64,000 nt of DNA, taken from assembly GCA_020137815.1 (NCBI GenBank), contig CM035354.1:2852001-2916000 (forward strand). The letters run 5' to 3'. The DNA is from Hormiphora californensis (Eukaryota > Animalia > Ctenophora). Below the pieces are notes generated by a model. That model worked only from the letters and a program-made list of their open reading frames with translations. It ran no database searches and had not been told where the DNA came from. The translations under genes were made by a program, and so were the position numbers. Of the stretch, positions 37,001-63,559 are shown in pieces (the stretch's first letter is position 1; each line of letters begins with the position of its first letter).

Positions 37001-37967
37001 TTCCAAAAGAGATCACGGGCTCTACAATCACCGGTCTATTTTCTAGCCAGAGAGGGAGTGAGGGATAGGGAGAGAGAGAGGGGGAAAGATAGGTAATTCG
37101 AAAACTTGATCACCTAATGCAGCTGTATAGTCATCAGTTTTCCTGTAATTACCAGTTCCTGATTCCGGGCTGATTCCCCTCCTAGATATAAGTAGTTGCT
37201 GTTTTGTTTTTGCCCTTTTGTGATCATTGTATCATGTATCCCTCTTGGAAGGAAGGTGCTTTTTCTCTCTCTCTCTCTCTTTCTGTGTCTCTCTTTTCTC
37301 TTAGTTCCTAATCTCACGTGACCAATATAGAGGGGTCAACCGATCGAGTAAGAGCTACAAAAATAGAGGGAGAGAGAGAGAGAGAGGAGGAGACAGAGAG
37401 AGGAATTGAGAGAAATTCAATCTTTTCCTCTCTTTTTCCCCATTGGCGTGTGTGAGTGCTGTGTTGGGTCATGGTCCCGAAAACATCTAGCTGCCATTAC
37501 AAGTCTTTTGAGTTTAATTAATATTGGTGAACTTGTGTGGTCAACTTATTGATTCAGTCTATTTGGCGGTATAGAGCTACTGCCGAGTTTTTATTTAACA
37601 ACTACGACATCGATAAAAAAAGGGACCACTTTGTCTGACCATTTAGTAGCTGACTATCATGGTATCGCCCCATATTATAGTAGTAACGGTTCTGTCCAAT
37701 CTCTCCCTCTTTATAGCTCGTTTTTGTGTTTATGCTGTGATATTCAAATAATGATCAGTATTCAGTTACGCAACCTTTTATCTAAGATATCGGCTTGACA
37801 TCCCTGATTATATTCTACGCAGTGATCCACACTCCATATTGTTTCATTATAGTTTGAAATATTTGGATATTGTTTGAAATATAGTTTGAAATGGATAGTT
37901 GTCCTGATTACTGAATTCACATGTGATATATTCACACTGCACGTACTGAATTGTTTTAGGTTTCGAA

Positions 37968-38157
37968 ATGGATGGTTGCCTAGTAACCCGGGCACCGGCG
38001 TGTACCACCACTACAAATGCAACAGAGCACCTCTTCCCTGCTACAACTGTAACCAGCTCAACTTTGAAGGTCAACGACGTGATATCATCTCTTCTCCATT
38101 ACAAGGTACTTTTAACGGGATTCAGAGAGAAAGAGATAGAGAGAGGGAGAGGGAGGG

Positions 38158-38188
<31 letters not shown>

Positions 38189-39305
38189 GAGAGATAGAGG
38201 GAGTGAGAGAGATAGAGGGAGAGAGAGAGAGAGAGAATGAAAGAGAGAATTAGAGGGAGAGAGAGGGGGCGAGAGGAAGCTGTCAACTTGTTCTGGTTGG
38301 CGCGACACAAGATTATAATCGTACTTCAATCCTTTTTGTCGCCACGTGCACGTCTGGTATCGATACATCACTACCAATTCCTCCTCTCTCTCCCTCTCTT
38401 TGAACTAACTAAACTCACCAAACTCTCACTCTCTAATTGTCTTTCTTTTTAAACGTCGTTAATCCATGGCATTCCGGCACGAGAGAGGCACCATTTAATA
38501 AACTCTGACACTTGTAAACTGGCAAAATAGTTTTCTAACTCCTTTATTCTTTCTCTCTAATCCCCCTCTCTCCCCCATCCAGGCGAGCCTCACCGCCACC
38601 CCCAAAGATCAACTGCCCCAAATCAAAAGTGAGCCATACTCTGTTAAGTTGGAGGCTTCATCTCCAGGTGGTGGACCCACATCCCCTCCCATGATATCCT
38701 CAGCAGCCTCCTCACTCCTCTCCCGGAGTGGACTCTTCTCCACCGCTGCAACACCTTTTTGGAGCAACCCCCTGGGATCACCCCTCCTCACCTCAAACCC
38801 TCTGGTTAGCCCCCTGAACCTTCTCCCGGGGGCTCTAACTGGACTGAACAAGTCCCCCCTGAATAGTCTTCCTTGCAGTAGCGCTGCCAGCTCCTTCAGT
38901 ACTCCACCTCTCAAAAAGGTAAATGAGATGTGATCCCACCCCTCAAAAAGGTAAATGAGAGATGTGATCCCACCCCTCAAAAAGGTAAATGAGATGTGAT
39001 CCCACTGTCGTAGTACCCCCCCCCCCCCCAGTAGTTTAGTGATACCTCCCCCAGTCTTGTCCTCTTCCCCAGTAACGTGGTACACCCCTATAATATTATC
39101 CAATAACTAGCAATAATATATCATATCCGGGAGTATGTTTGCTTCTAGAACTATCAGGTCGAGTATGACAACGGCAGTGCCATTGGCACAATGCGTCGTG
39201 CAACTACCTTGGAGACCTCAATCTACATGGCTTTACTCTTACTATGTCTTTCTCTCTCCCTATTGAAGAAATCCATCCTCTCTTGTCTATCTGTCTACCG
39301 TATTT

Positions 39306-39337
<32 letters not shown>

Positions 39338-40333
39338 TCTCTCTCTCTCTCTTTCACTCTCCCAGGGCGGCACATTCTTTGACACAGTAGCACGCCAAGA
39401 CCGGCTTCCGGGTTCAATATACTTAGGTGTGTTTAACTAACAATCTATCTAACAATATTGGCATCCAATTTCAAATAGATCTCTTTGTACCATTTCTGGT
39501 TTTCATTCCCCTTTCAAAACGCCGCTTCCCAGTTTTCCTTTCCCCTGGCCATCTGATCTTATTCCCCCCCCCCCCCACGGCATCCCCCCTACCCCCTAAC
39601 TAATATCATCTAACCCTTCCCCTGAACACTCAGCTCCCACATATAGCTGCACCAACCAATCTAACAACTAATATTGAGTATTGGTACATCTAACTACTAC
39701 TATATTGGTCCAATAGGATCTAACCCCCTCCTCCCTCTCACCAGATTGACCACCTCCAAAAGAGAGGCATTGTGACGGCAGTGAGCGGCTCAACAACAAA
39801 CAACACCAATACCACTACAGCAGCAGCAGGAGGAGGGGGTGGAACCGGGGGCGGAGTAAAGATATTCCAAACTAAACAAGGATACACTCTTCTAATCTGT
39901 AACGGATATCGGTAAGAGATACATCCTATATCGGATCACCTACAACTATAATTATACCCCGTGCATGCTATCTGAAAGTGAACTATCCTGTACATTTTAG
40001 TTTATGAAACTCTACCATTTTTATATCAGGCCATAATTTCTCCCGTCCCTATCTGAAATCCATGGAATCCATCCTATACCATTAGCAGAATCATATTTAT
40101 CTCTCTGCTGGCTGCTTTTTATCAGACTCTTTCTCTCTACAATGAACGAACAATTTATATTTAGGGCTGCCACAGGGCCAGGGCTAGTCTAATATTTTAT
40201 CCACCTGCCCAGAATTATAGAATACTGTTATTTTGTTATAGTAGCAACAACACCCATGATGCCACCAGTGTGAGAACATATAGAGATCATTTGCCCCATT
40301 TATCGATTCAAATAGTCATTTGCAGCAAAATCC

Positions 40334-40376
<43 letters not shown>

Positions 40377-43257
40377 TCTCTCTCTCTCCCCCACTACATG
40401 GTTCTCGTTTTGCATCGATTTGGGATTTTGGGAAAAGGGCAATCACATTGATAGTGGCGGGTGAGATGTTCGACCCCGCGAAAGGGAGCTCGGGCCCCTT
40501 CGCCCTATAGGATTTTTTGCCCCGGGGAAAAGAGAGAAAAGAGAAAAAAAATGGGGGGAGAAAAAGGGGAGAGGGGGGAGAAGAGAGAGAGAGGGGGAGA
40601 GAAAGAGAGAGAGAGAGAGAAAAAGGGGAAAAGAAAAAAAAAAACTTTGGAATATGATGCATTATGGGTCATTGGCCGGGCTGTTTTTTTCCAATATTTC
40701 CGTAAACTAAATAGGGGTCGAGAGAAAGAGATAGTAATAGTGGTTATTCTCCCCTGAATTCATAAATATAGCTCCAGTAATAATCAAATTTACGTGGTGA
40801 GAGAGAGAGAGAGAGAAGGGAGTGGGAGAGAGTAAAAGAGAGACCCATTGTACCCAAAATCCTTCTTTTTTCTTTTTTCCAAAGGAGGGACCCGCCCCTG
40901 AGGGGTTTTTAAATTAGGGGAAAAGGCCCCCCGGCAATGCCCTAAGGCACAAGAAGGGCATATAGCTGCAGTCCCCCCGTACCTATAGATGGGGGGGGCA
41001 CTAGAGTATTTGCCACAGAGTGCATTATACGGATCACGTGATCGATAGGTCACGTGACCCATACTTGTTCCTCATAACGCAATAACACACAGTCATTGGC
41101 AATGTGAAGGCCCCCGGGGAAAAAGGGGGGGGGGGAGGGGAGGTTAGGAGAGAGGGGAGAGAGAGGGAGAAGAGAGAAGGGGAGAAGGGGGAGGAGGGGA
41201 AGGAAAAGAGAAGGGGGGAAGGGAGAATTTTCGGCTACAAGTTTGGGGGGAAGAAAGGGGGGGGGGAAAAAAAAAGGGGGAAAACGGGAAAAGGAAAAAG
41301 GAATTTTTGGTCGTTTAAAAATCACGTCAAAAACCCCCGGGGAGGGCTGGAGGGGCCTTTTTCGGGGGGCAGGGGATAAATTTTTCCCCTTTTTCCCCCT
41401 TTTTCGTCCCCCCTTTTTCTCTTTCTGTTCGCTCTCTCTCTTTCCAACTGTCTATGAATTTGAAAGAAAGGGATGAGGTTAATGCTATTTGCCCCATTGG
41501 GAAAAGCCCCTACTGATCGGGGCCAGCAAGGGGGGTTGGGTGTGTAGTTGGGGGGCCGGGGGAGAGAAGGAAGGAGGGAAGGGGGCGGGGAGAGGGGGAG
41601 GGGGGAGAGAGAGGGGCGAGAGGGGAGAAAAAGAGAGAGAGAGAGAAGGAGAGAGAAGAGAGGAAGAGAAGAGAGAAAGAGAGAAAAAGGGAGAAAAAGA
41701 GAGAGAGAGGGGGGAGAGAGGGGGGAAAGGGGAAGGCTCCCCTCCCGCCCAATTTGGGAAACCCTCGACTATTTTAGTACTTTTGACTCTCACAGTTGAA
41801 CTGGTCGGAAATCTAAATGGTACCTAAGAGGATTATATTATATTCTCTATCAAAACACTATAACCCAAAAAACCCAAACCCCTACCCAAAAAAACCCAAA
41901 AACCCCTCTTTAAAGTCCCCAAACCCCCTTTCCAAAATCCAAAACCCCTCTCCAAAATCCAAGCCCCTTTTCCCAAAAACCAAAAAACCCCTCTCCAAAA
42001 TTTCCCAAAAAAATTTCCAAAATCCAAAACCCCTCTTAAAATTCCAAAAAATGACCCCTCTCGAAATTTCCCCAAAAGGGAAAAAAACCCTTTTTTTCAC
42101 TTCCCCCCTATCCAAAAGTTTTGCAAAGAGTTTGCCTTCGATAATCGATTCTGTACCTCAAGGGCTGTCATAAAAAATATGAATTCCCCACGCCCCATCA
42201 TATCCTTGCCCTCAGTCTTCCTGTTTTTATCCTACGATTTCCACAAACCCCCCTTTCCCTGGGAATTGTTTCACGCAACGCAAAAAAATTCTCCCCCCCC
42301 TCATTTTCCCCCCCCTTTTTCCCGGGATACCCCTGCAGCAAAAAGTTTGGGAGACCCCCACCTTTAGTCTAGATTTAAAATACTACTAGGTGATCTTGTC
42401 CCTGATTATCTTTCGACAAAAAAACCCAAAAACGTACGATCAATTTAACAGCTTTTTGTTCTCCCTTTAGTAGTAGTTTTTGGTTTCAAATATTTCTTTA
42501 AAAACCCCCCCCGGCTTGAATCCACTACCAAAGTTAGCAAGCAAAAAAATTCGTGCCCCGAGGGGAGGGCTTTTTATTTTTTTTGTGTTTTTCCTTTCCC
42601 GATTTTTTCCCCGCACTTTCAACCACACTTCCCTCTACCCCCAAAAAAAAACCCCGGGTGTAAAAAAAATCCTCCCCCCAGGGAAAAGTAAAACAAACGA
42701 GTTGCAAGGGGGAAGGGAAAACTTTTGGGGGAAAACCCCCCCTTTAAATCCTGCAAAAGGGCAAAAGGTTTCCCAAAAAATATTGGGGGGGAGGAAATGG
42801 TTTTAGAGATAACCCCCCGACCACCCCCCATGGGAGGGAAATTTTGTTTTTGTTTCCATAGCAACCGGCTTGCAAAAGAGGCAAGACAAATAATGAGGTA
42901 TGAGGGGGTTTGGGGGCGTACTATAAACCGTTTGAAGATCTCATTGATTCACCAATTATTATTATCCCACTAATTCATACCTTATTTTCGTCCTCATCAC
43001 TCCTTCCAATTCCTCTAGGTTCGATCCTATGAAGTCCCTCAAGGATGATGCCCCCTACTCCGCCCTTGAGTCGACACCAACTTTCTGCAAAATCAAGGGT
43101 TAGTTGTGTGAAAATACCCGATTATAGTCGCTCATCCCGCCCCTTCCTCAGCTCGAGCCTATCCCCACCACCCCCAGCTGTATTATCGAGAAAATGGATC
43201 AAAAAATGCTGCCGTCCTAGCACTCCCCACGTGCACTCGTGCCTTGTTTTAGGGTGA
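37968..43257 (+). CDS. Putative nuclear protein with a Ser/Pro-rich region and a C-terminal FLYWCH-like zinc finger
   Basis: Phase-consistent exons 37960-38105, 38583-38918, 39745-39911, 43019-43098, 43178-43257. SUMO-consensus IKSE and VKLE. VKIFQTKQGYTLLICNGYRF...FCKIKAVL...PHVH resembles FLYWCH, but the W-x-C is not seen. The 5' end is uncertain. Confidence 0.5.
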
Positions 43258-43448
43258 TAAGGGGAGCAGAAAGGCTGGGGTGTCTGGTTTGGTTAGGCTG
43301 TTCAAATTGACGGTACAGCGGGCACTTGGGACGACGTTGTACCGACGAATTATTCGCATTATTATCTCTATTAGTAGCTGTGAGGGGGAGGGGGTGGGTA
43401 AATCGTATTATAAGACAATATTGACAACATGCTGATGCACATGTAATG

Positions 43449-43579
<131 letters not shown>

Positions 43580-43695
43580 TTCTCACATTGTGTGAATGGA
43601 AACAGAAATTCAAATAAAATATGAAGATAACCCTTACAGATAGGCTGGGACTCAATAATAATACCAAGAAAGAAAGTGGAAGCCCTGAAAGGGTC

Positions 43696-56306
<12,611 letters not shown>

Positions 56307-56361
56307 AAATAAATAGGTGTACTATAACTGTGCTGGTTAGCGAGAAAAACGATAGACAAAG

Positions 56362-56498
<137 letters not shown>

Positions 56499-57517
56499 CA
56501 GAGTTTAGGCGTAACTAGTTTGTTTCTTTGCGTGTGTGTCTGTATGCCGTACTGCGTCTGTACGTATGTATGTTTTAATTTTTAAAACATATTATATTCT
56601 ACAATTTACTTTTCCTTTGTTGATTAAATACAATTATATAGACACGAAATATATATTGTTGGATGAGTATTTCTCCACCGTAAACAGATATTGTGTTTTC
56701 AATTGTATTTGGGATCATGGTGGATACTGGCGGAAGTCTGTCGCCATGGCAACAGAATGCTTGTTTGGATTCAGTTCCCAAAACTGCTGATGATGATGAG
56801 GTCGACATTCCTTTACCAACAAGGTGAGCTGCTCGATATACTGTTCATAACCATGTACTGTCTTAGTCTATAAGCCCGATACTGTCTTGTTGAATAAGGG
56901 GCTGTCTGCCGTCTGGCGCCGCGACCCCATCTGAGCGCACCGTCGAATCAAATGGGGCGCCGCCATACAGGTAAAGGGTAAGGTGTGTGTGTGTGCGTGT
57001 GCGTGTGGGGTAAGGTCCTTTGCCCCTCACTCAACAAATACTACTGCCCATGATACTACATTCTAACCCGGTCGCTCAAAGTCAAAAGTCAAGGTCCAGG
57101 TCTCTCCCAATCATTGGGTATCTGTCAGGCCAATGCTCTGACCACAGTTCTCGCGCACTCCGAGAATGGGTCAGGCCAATGCTCTGACAGTTGGGTATGC
57201 CTGCGGTGCTTATCTCCGATTGAAGTCCGAAGCCACTCCGTGCCGAAGTACTAAACTTGCAGTCTGGGGACCAGCCCTACGTGCAAGGGAGTGTGACTTT
57301 CCAGCAGTTGCTGTACCAATTTATAGCTCGGTCAACTAGACGGTCCCGAACCCGAGACCTTCTGCATGGGAGGCGAGTGTGTTACCAGTGGTGTGATTGG
57401 GGAACTAGGCTTGGCATTATTTTGGCATTATTTTAGCATTATTTTCTCTAAAAGCACTGGAAATTAGATTCGCATATTCGTGGGTTTTTGACACTGGGGT
57501 TACCACTACACCACCCA

Positions 57518-57696
57518 GCCGCTTGTAGTGGGAAAACGGTAATGGAAAACGGAGATACAGTAAGACGACGCGCAACCGTGGCCAATCAGGGTGCTAGTAC
57601 GTGCTGAACAAATGGACTTTTTGCCGCACGTTATGCAAAGTGTGCGTCTCATTACTGTATTTCCATTACGGTAATATGCGACTACAAGCAGCACTG
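57518..57696 (+). mobile_element. Family B interspersed repeat
   Basis: Near-identical to 13575-13757. Confidence 0.85.
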
Positions 57697-58075
57697 ATAG
57701 GATCAGTATTGGTGGAGATCCAACCCCTTACTCAACAAGTAAGATGAGTAATGGATTGGGGCGTTAGTTAGTCACTGCATCTAACACTTAGCAGGCGGGG
57801 TTTAGCTGTCTAGCGCCGCAGATTTAACAAGCCAATGCTCTGCTGTCAGAGCATTGGCCTGACCCATTCTCGTTTCTCTCAAATTTGGAGCGCGTGAGAA
57901 CTGTGGTCAGAGCGAGAACTGTGGTCAGAGCGAGAACTGTGGTCAGAGCATTGGCCTGACAGATGCTCTGACCAGAGTTCTCGTTCGCTCCCTGCCTGGC
58001 GCCGCGCGACCCTATCTGAGAGCACTGTTGAATCAAAACGGGGTCTGACGGCGCCAGAAAGTCCCAGAATCTCAG

Positions 58076-58697
58076 ACCTGGCGCGACCCCCGCACACAGG
58101 TGTCGGTTCCGCCCCAAAAAGGGTTGTTCCTTTCAAGGGATGTTACACGCGATCCACTGGACCGATTTGCTACTACATACAAATTGGTTCTAATATACTG
58201 GAAAATACCCGAGAATTTTGTCTGTCAACAAGAAGTGGGTCAAAATTGACACTGAAGTCAAATCTATAATCTGACTTCCGAGAGTTTCTGCATCACTCCC
58301 ATGCGGTTGGGAGATATGTTAATGCAATTAGCTTTGATGCTGGGTATTTTCCACTTTCCAGTACTATCTGATGTATATACTCACAAGTATGATGTATGAT
58401 GTATACTCACAAGGCCTCAACCTATCTCCCAATATCTTCAGACTCAGTCTAAACCTCTTGGGAGTGGTACAAAAACTCTCGGAAGCCAGATTATAGATTT
58501 GACTTCAGTGTCAATTTTGACCCACTTCCTGTTGACAGACAAACTTCTCGGGTATTTTCCAGTATATTAGGACCAATTTGTAGTCTTTTGCGACAAACCG
58601 GATGACAAATCAGTGGATCGCGTGCAAGATCTCTTGAAAGTCACGACCCTTTTTTAGGGGGCGGAGCCTACACCTGTATGCGGGGGTGGCGCCAGGT
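58076..58697. mobile_element. Foldback/MITE with ~225-bp imperfect inverted arms
   Basis: Arm 58076-58301 (..gtgggtcaaaattgacactgaagtcaaatctataatctg..) is the reverse complement of 58459-58697. Confidence 0.8.
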
Positions 58698-59259
58698 GTC
58701 TATATGTCACCAAGTCCTTCTTAAACTAGGAAGTCGGTATATAGACTTTTTAGGTGGTCTAGATATTGAAATAATTCACGACGTAGCTGCAGGCAAAGGC
58801 CCGAGACTAAATAGTTTTTTTTCCGCCAAATTATATCAGATCACTATTTTCTGACCAATGAAGTAAATCACTGCTATATTATGTTCCTTACCGATACTCA
58901 ACAGCAAGCTATATCCCGTGACTAGAGCAGACTAAAAAAACATATCGAACAATTCTTTTCACAACGAAATAATAATACAGCCACAGTTTACTGTCAGCTT
59001 GAGCACTTTTTGCCGGAAACCAGTTGGATCCTAGATGGAACAATTATTTTCCAAAAAGAAAGAGCAATTATTTTTTGAGTTTTAAAATACTGCTTCGGTA
59101 ATGATTCGTACAGGTTCCCGCGGAATATTGATCCTGCATAATTCATTGTTTCTTTCATGTTTGTTTTTCTCGCAATCTCTCCGCGTCGTAAATGTCACCA
59201 AAGGCTTTGTTGGGCCACTCTGTGAGACGAAGAAACTCTGTAAGAGCATTGGCCTGACA

Positions 59260-59785
59260 GACGAAATCCCTGCAATACCCCTTGCACCTCGGCTGGTTCA
59301 TGTTTTTTGTTGTATTGTTCATACTACTGGAAGCATTTCGAGCCGACTGAGGACGGGGGTCCTTGTTTCACCTGCTTTCACCATGGGTATTTTGCCTAGC
59401 TTATGCTTATTTTTTCTGGTTCTGTAATACTGCTCATGGCGAGGTTTTTAAAGGTGTTAACAGCATTTTTTGAGTGAAGCACGAGTGGGATTTTTTGTTT
59501 AAGCACGAGTGTTGCAGTTTTAGTAATTATACGGACACTTTTCTACCATCTAATTTGGACATTTTCAACCATTATCAGTCTGTTATATCATCTGGAAATT
59601 TATGTGAGCCGGGAGTGTTTAATTCAGTATAACCAGTGTGATACTAATATGTTTAGATTATATTCCTGAAGTAACCGCTCAGATCGCCTCTCAGTGTCAG
59701 GGTTAGCTATGCTACCCTGGCCAGCTGTGAGGTAAGGGCGGCATACAAGTATCTTTATTATTATTATTATTATTACTATTATTAT
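59260..59785 (+). mobile_element. 3' remnant of a LINE or LINE-mobilised SINE related to the 3430-5058 element
   Basis: Shares aagcacgagtg and the terminal ctcagtg..ttagctatgcta..ggc..atacaagt sequence, and ends in a (TAT)n tail. Confidence 0.65.
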
Positions 59786-60232
59786 TTTTGTGCTTTTTAG
59801 TGGTAGATGAGAAGAACTATAAACCCTTGAAGGAGTCTCTTTAGTCTTCTACCATCCCATTTAGTGGACAGACATCCTAAACTCTGCCACCATATATTCA
59901 CTTGTTGAGTGGGAATTAGGATCTGGTACACTAAGTCGGAACCTCCTATGCTATGATAACAACATAGAGATAACATCGACTGCAGAATAGCAGTAGAGCT
60001 TAAACAAGGCCGGGGAAAGGAAACTCTATGTTTCCAACCCTTAATCTCAACCAATGGAGACGGCCTCCAAGGAGAAGAAGCAGTAGAGCATGGTTTGTAC
60101 AATAAGCGTCATTTCACCTCTACTTCAGTATATATTGTATAGGACGGTGTGTAATTGTTTCCTGTTTTTACCTGTAGGCCTATAACACTGCACTAGTCGT
60201 ATAGGTGTTCCGATATTGTTCAGTGTAGTTAT

Positions 60233-60708
60233 ACATAGTACCTATACTCGCATCTTCTGCTGCACATAGTACCTATACTCGCATCTTCTGCTGCACATAG
60301 TACCTATACTCGCATCTTCTGCTGCACATAGTACCTATACTCGCATCTTCTGCTGCACATAGTACCTATAATACTCGCATCTTCTGCTGCACATAGTACC
60401 TATACTCGCATCTTCTGCTGCACATAGTACCTATACTCGCATCTTCTGCTGCACATAGTACCTATACTCGCATCTTCTGCTACACATAGTACCTATACTC
60501 GCATCTTCTGCTGCACATAGTACCTATACTCGCATCTTCTGCTGCACATGTTCCTATACTCGCATCTTCTGCTGCACATGTTCCTATACTCGCATCTTCT
60601 GCTGCACATGTTCCTATACTCGCATCTTCTGCTGCACATGTTCCTATACTCGCATCTTCTGCTGCACATAGTACCTATACTCGCATCTTCTGCTGCACAT
60701 GTTCCTAC
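60233..60708. repeat. ~30-bp minisatellite (~15 copies)
   Basis: Unit catagtacctatactcgcatcttctgctgca. Confidence 0.95.
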
Positions 60709-61176
60709 TGCGGGGGTATTGGAAATAATATGAGCTGCTGTTAAACAAACACTATCTGCAGTTGTTTGGTTTGGTTTTCACATAGTAGATGGGACTGTAA
60801 ACAGTACTCACACGGCCAAGCTTCGACCGTGCGAAACACCACCATAGCTGTACCTACATGGGCATCCTTTAGAAGTCGCCACCCTTTGCAACTTAGCTGT
60901 GTTGTTTTACTTTGATTCAGTTGTTACACACTCTTTCTGGTGTGCCTCGACACGACACACACATTGATGAGTAACACGTATACTCTGTCAGGCCAATGCT
61001 CTGACCACAGTTCTCGCGCGCTCCGCGAGAGAAACGAGAATGGGTCAGGCCAATGCTCTGAAAGGAGAGAAACGAGAATGGGTCAGGCCAATGCTCTGAC
61101 AGGAGAGAAACGAGAATGGGTCAGGCCAATGCTCTGACAGTCTGACAGGGTATACTCAACAGCATCCGTTAGGGAT

Positions 61177-61283
61177 CAGGAACCGACCGAATCAGGAAAT
61201 ACTGGTCCCTGATTGGCTGAACCAATCACGTGACCTAAATAACGCGTTCTGATTGGTTGTTTACTTGTTTCGGTCGGTTCCTG
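61177..61283 (-). mobile_element. hAT-like MITE family A
   Basis: TIRs intact. TSD ttagggat/ttaggaat. Confidence 0.88.
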
Positions 61284-61489
61284 TTAGGAATCTGTCGTAT
61301 TGTTGCTACATTATTTGCCTAGCTCGACCCTCTTTTCGGGAGAAATGTAAACGATGGGTTAGAACAACAGATTGTTGGGTAATGGGTGTGATTTATAGCA
61401 ACAGATCTATCAATTAAATCAACAGATCTCTACCAATTAAATCTACCGACCTATAATGTAGTGATAAAACGAGATATGGCGAGGAGACT

Positions 61490-62025
61490 TAGTATGGCAG
61501 TGACACAGCGGTTCCTGAATAGACCCGGAGGGAATATGTCAAATGTGCCACTGTGAGTAGTACCATCATGCCAATAGGGTCAGGCCAATGCTCTGACAGT
61601 ACCATATCATGGTTCTGGCCAATACCAATAGGGTCAGGCCAATGCTCTGACAGTACCATACCATGGTTCTGGCCAATGCCAATTATAGGGTCAGGCCAAT
61701 GCTCTGACAGTACCATATCATGGTTCTGGCCAATACCAATAGGGTCAGGCCAATGCTCTGACAGTACCATCACATGGTTCTGGCCAATGCCAATAGGGTC
61801 AGGCCAATGCTCTGACAGTACCATATCTGAGTATGGCAGTGACTCAGCGGTTCCTGAATAGACCCGGAGGAAATATGTCAAATGTGCCACTGTGAGTATA
61901 GTACCATATCATGGCCAATGCCAATAGGGCCAGGCCAATGTGCCACTGTGAGTAGTATACCATCATGGTTCTGGCCAATACCAATAGGGTCAGGCCAATG
62001 CTCTGACAGTACCATCATGGTTCTG
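61490..62025. repeat. Tandem and dispersed repeats built on gggtcaggccaatgctctgacag
   Basis: ~54-57-bp units here. The same core occurs at 51625-51722, 57123-57190, 57830-57985, 59245 and 60985-61145. Confidence 0.85.
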
Positions 62026-63559
62026 GGTTGAGACGCGTAGAGTGCAGTTCCTATCTCTGGGATAAAATACCTAGCTGGGTATAGAGCCGGAAAAAGTAGC
62101 ATTGATCAACCCTTTTATGCATATATTCAGCATGATCAGCCCGTATTCGATTCCCAAAACTTATATCACACACCTATCACACACGTATATCACACACGTA
62201 TATGTAATGTTCTCACGCACAATTTCCAGAAGAAGACAACAAGTGAAATTGTCCTAACTCGATATTTGAAAGTTACAATACTAGGCGTAGACACACACAC
62301 ACACGCAACGTGTATTAACATGGTGGTATATTGGGAGTCAAGTTATTTTTGTTGCATTATGTACTTGAACAATACTAATACTGAGTATACTGAACAGTTC
62401 AGTATATACGTCCTTGCAAATACAACTTTATACTTTATACCACAAATGGGTCTTTATCTCTCTACGAAGTACAATGTTTGTTTGTCTCTAGCTACATTTC
62501 TCTCTATACTATGTGGAAAATGACTAAAGCGGATCGAGGCCCGCCGCACAATTCGAGCCGTGATGTGATCCTTACAGTGCAAGCTGACATCACGGCCCAA
62601 ATTGTACAAGTTGCACATTCAGGACCGCCCTATGCATGGTTCACGACCCAAAACCAGTCCCTGCCGCACACATTGGCCGCAGCATAAAATCACGTGCTTT
62701 TCCTGTTTGATTATAGGCTCCCGAAAGTACCGGTAACGTGCATAACGGTCCGCCTTATTCATTTTCCAGGGACTATATAGCTGCCATGTCATACGTATCA
62801 TTATTCAATCGAATGTTTTGATAGTCCGAATGTTTCCGTGTCACTTTCCCGTCATAGTGTCGAATTTTAAAAATCATGTTTATGTAGATTGGTATTAGGT
62901 AGGATTAGGAAACACGCGTTACCTAGCAACCCCCATGTCGTCTCCATGGTAACAACATGGGGACCATGGGGGCTACTATTACTATTATAGGTGTGAGTCA
63001 TTTATCGTTCTACACTTTACCAATACGCACCCTGTTTAATGTTATACTGATTTGAGAATCTAATTACTTTTGTCCGAATTTCTCATCTGGTCATTACTAA
63101 ATGGGATTTTGCAGTTGGTTTTTAATGCACCCATAATTCGTTTGACAAACTGCCATTAGTGTGCTGCCATTTGTGTGCATGTCTACTTTTTTACTGCACC
63201 ATACAGCTCTACATGAAAAGGTAACAATGGACCTCTCTGTCAGGTCAACATAGCTCTTGAACTTATTGAATCGTCATACAATTTCCTATTAAATCTGGGA
63301 AAACAGTTATTTTGTTCAAAACTAGGGCGCAGGGAAACAGGTTGAGCAAGAAAACAGTACAGTTATATAGGATTCAGAATAGCTTATTTGGGCTGTTTAG
63401 TACCAGTTATAGTTGCTATAAGCGGATTACCATGTGAATTGTGATCCAGAAAGAAGAGTCCGGGGAATTTCACTAGCGTAATCGGTTCCCCTCATGACAG
63501 ATTGCATGTGCTTTATCATACGAGATCGGCAGTGTGGGCGTCGCTACAGTCCTACTTAC

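Noticed and set aside
40450-42900. Second homopolymer-rich segment
   Set aside because: Same artefact signature. It may hide or corrupt exons of the FLYWCH-like gene.
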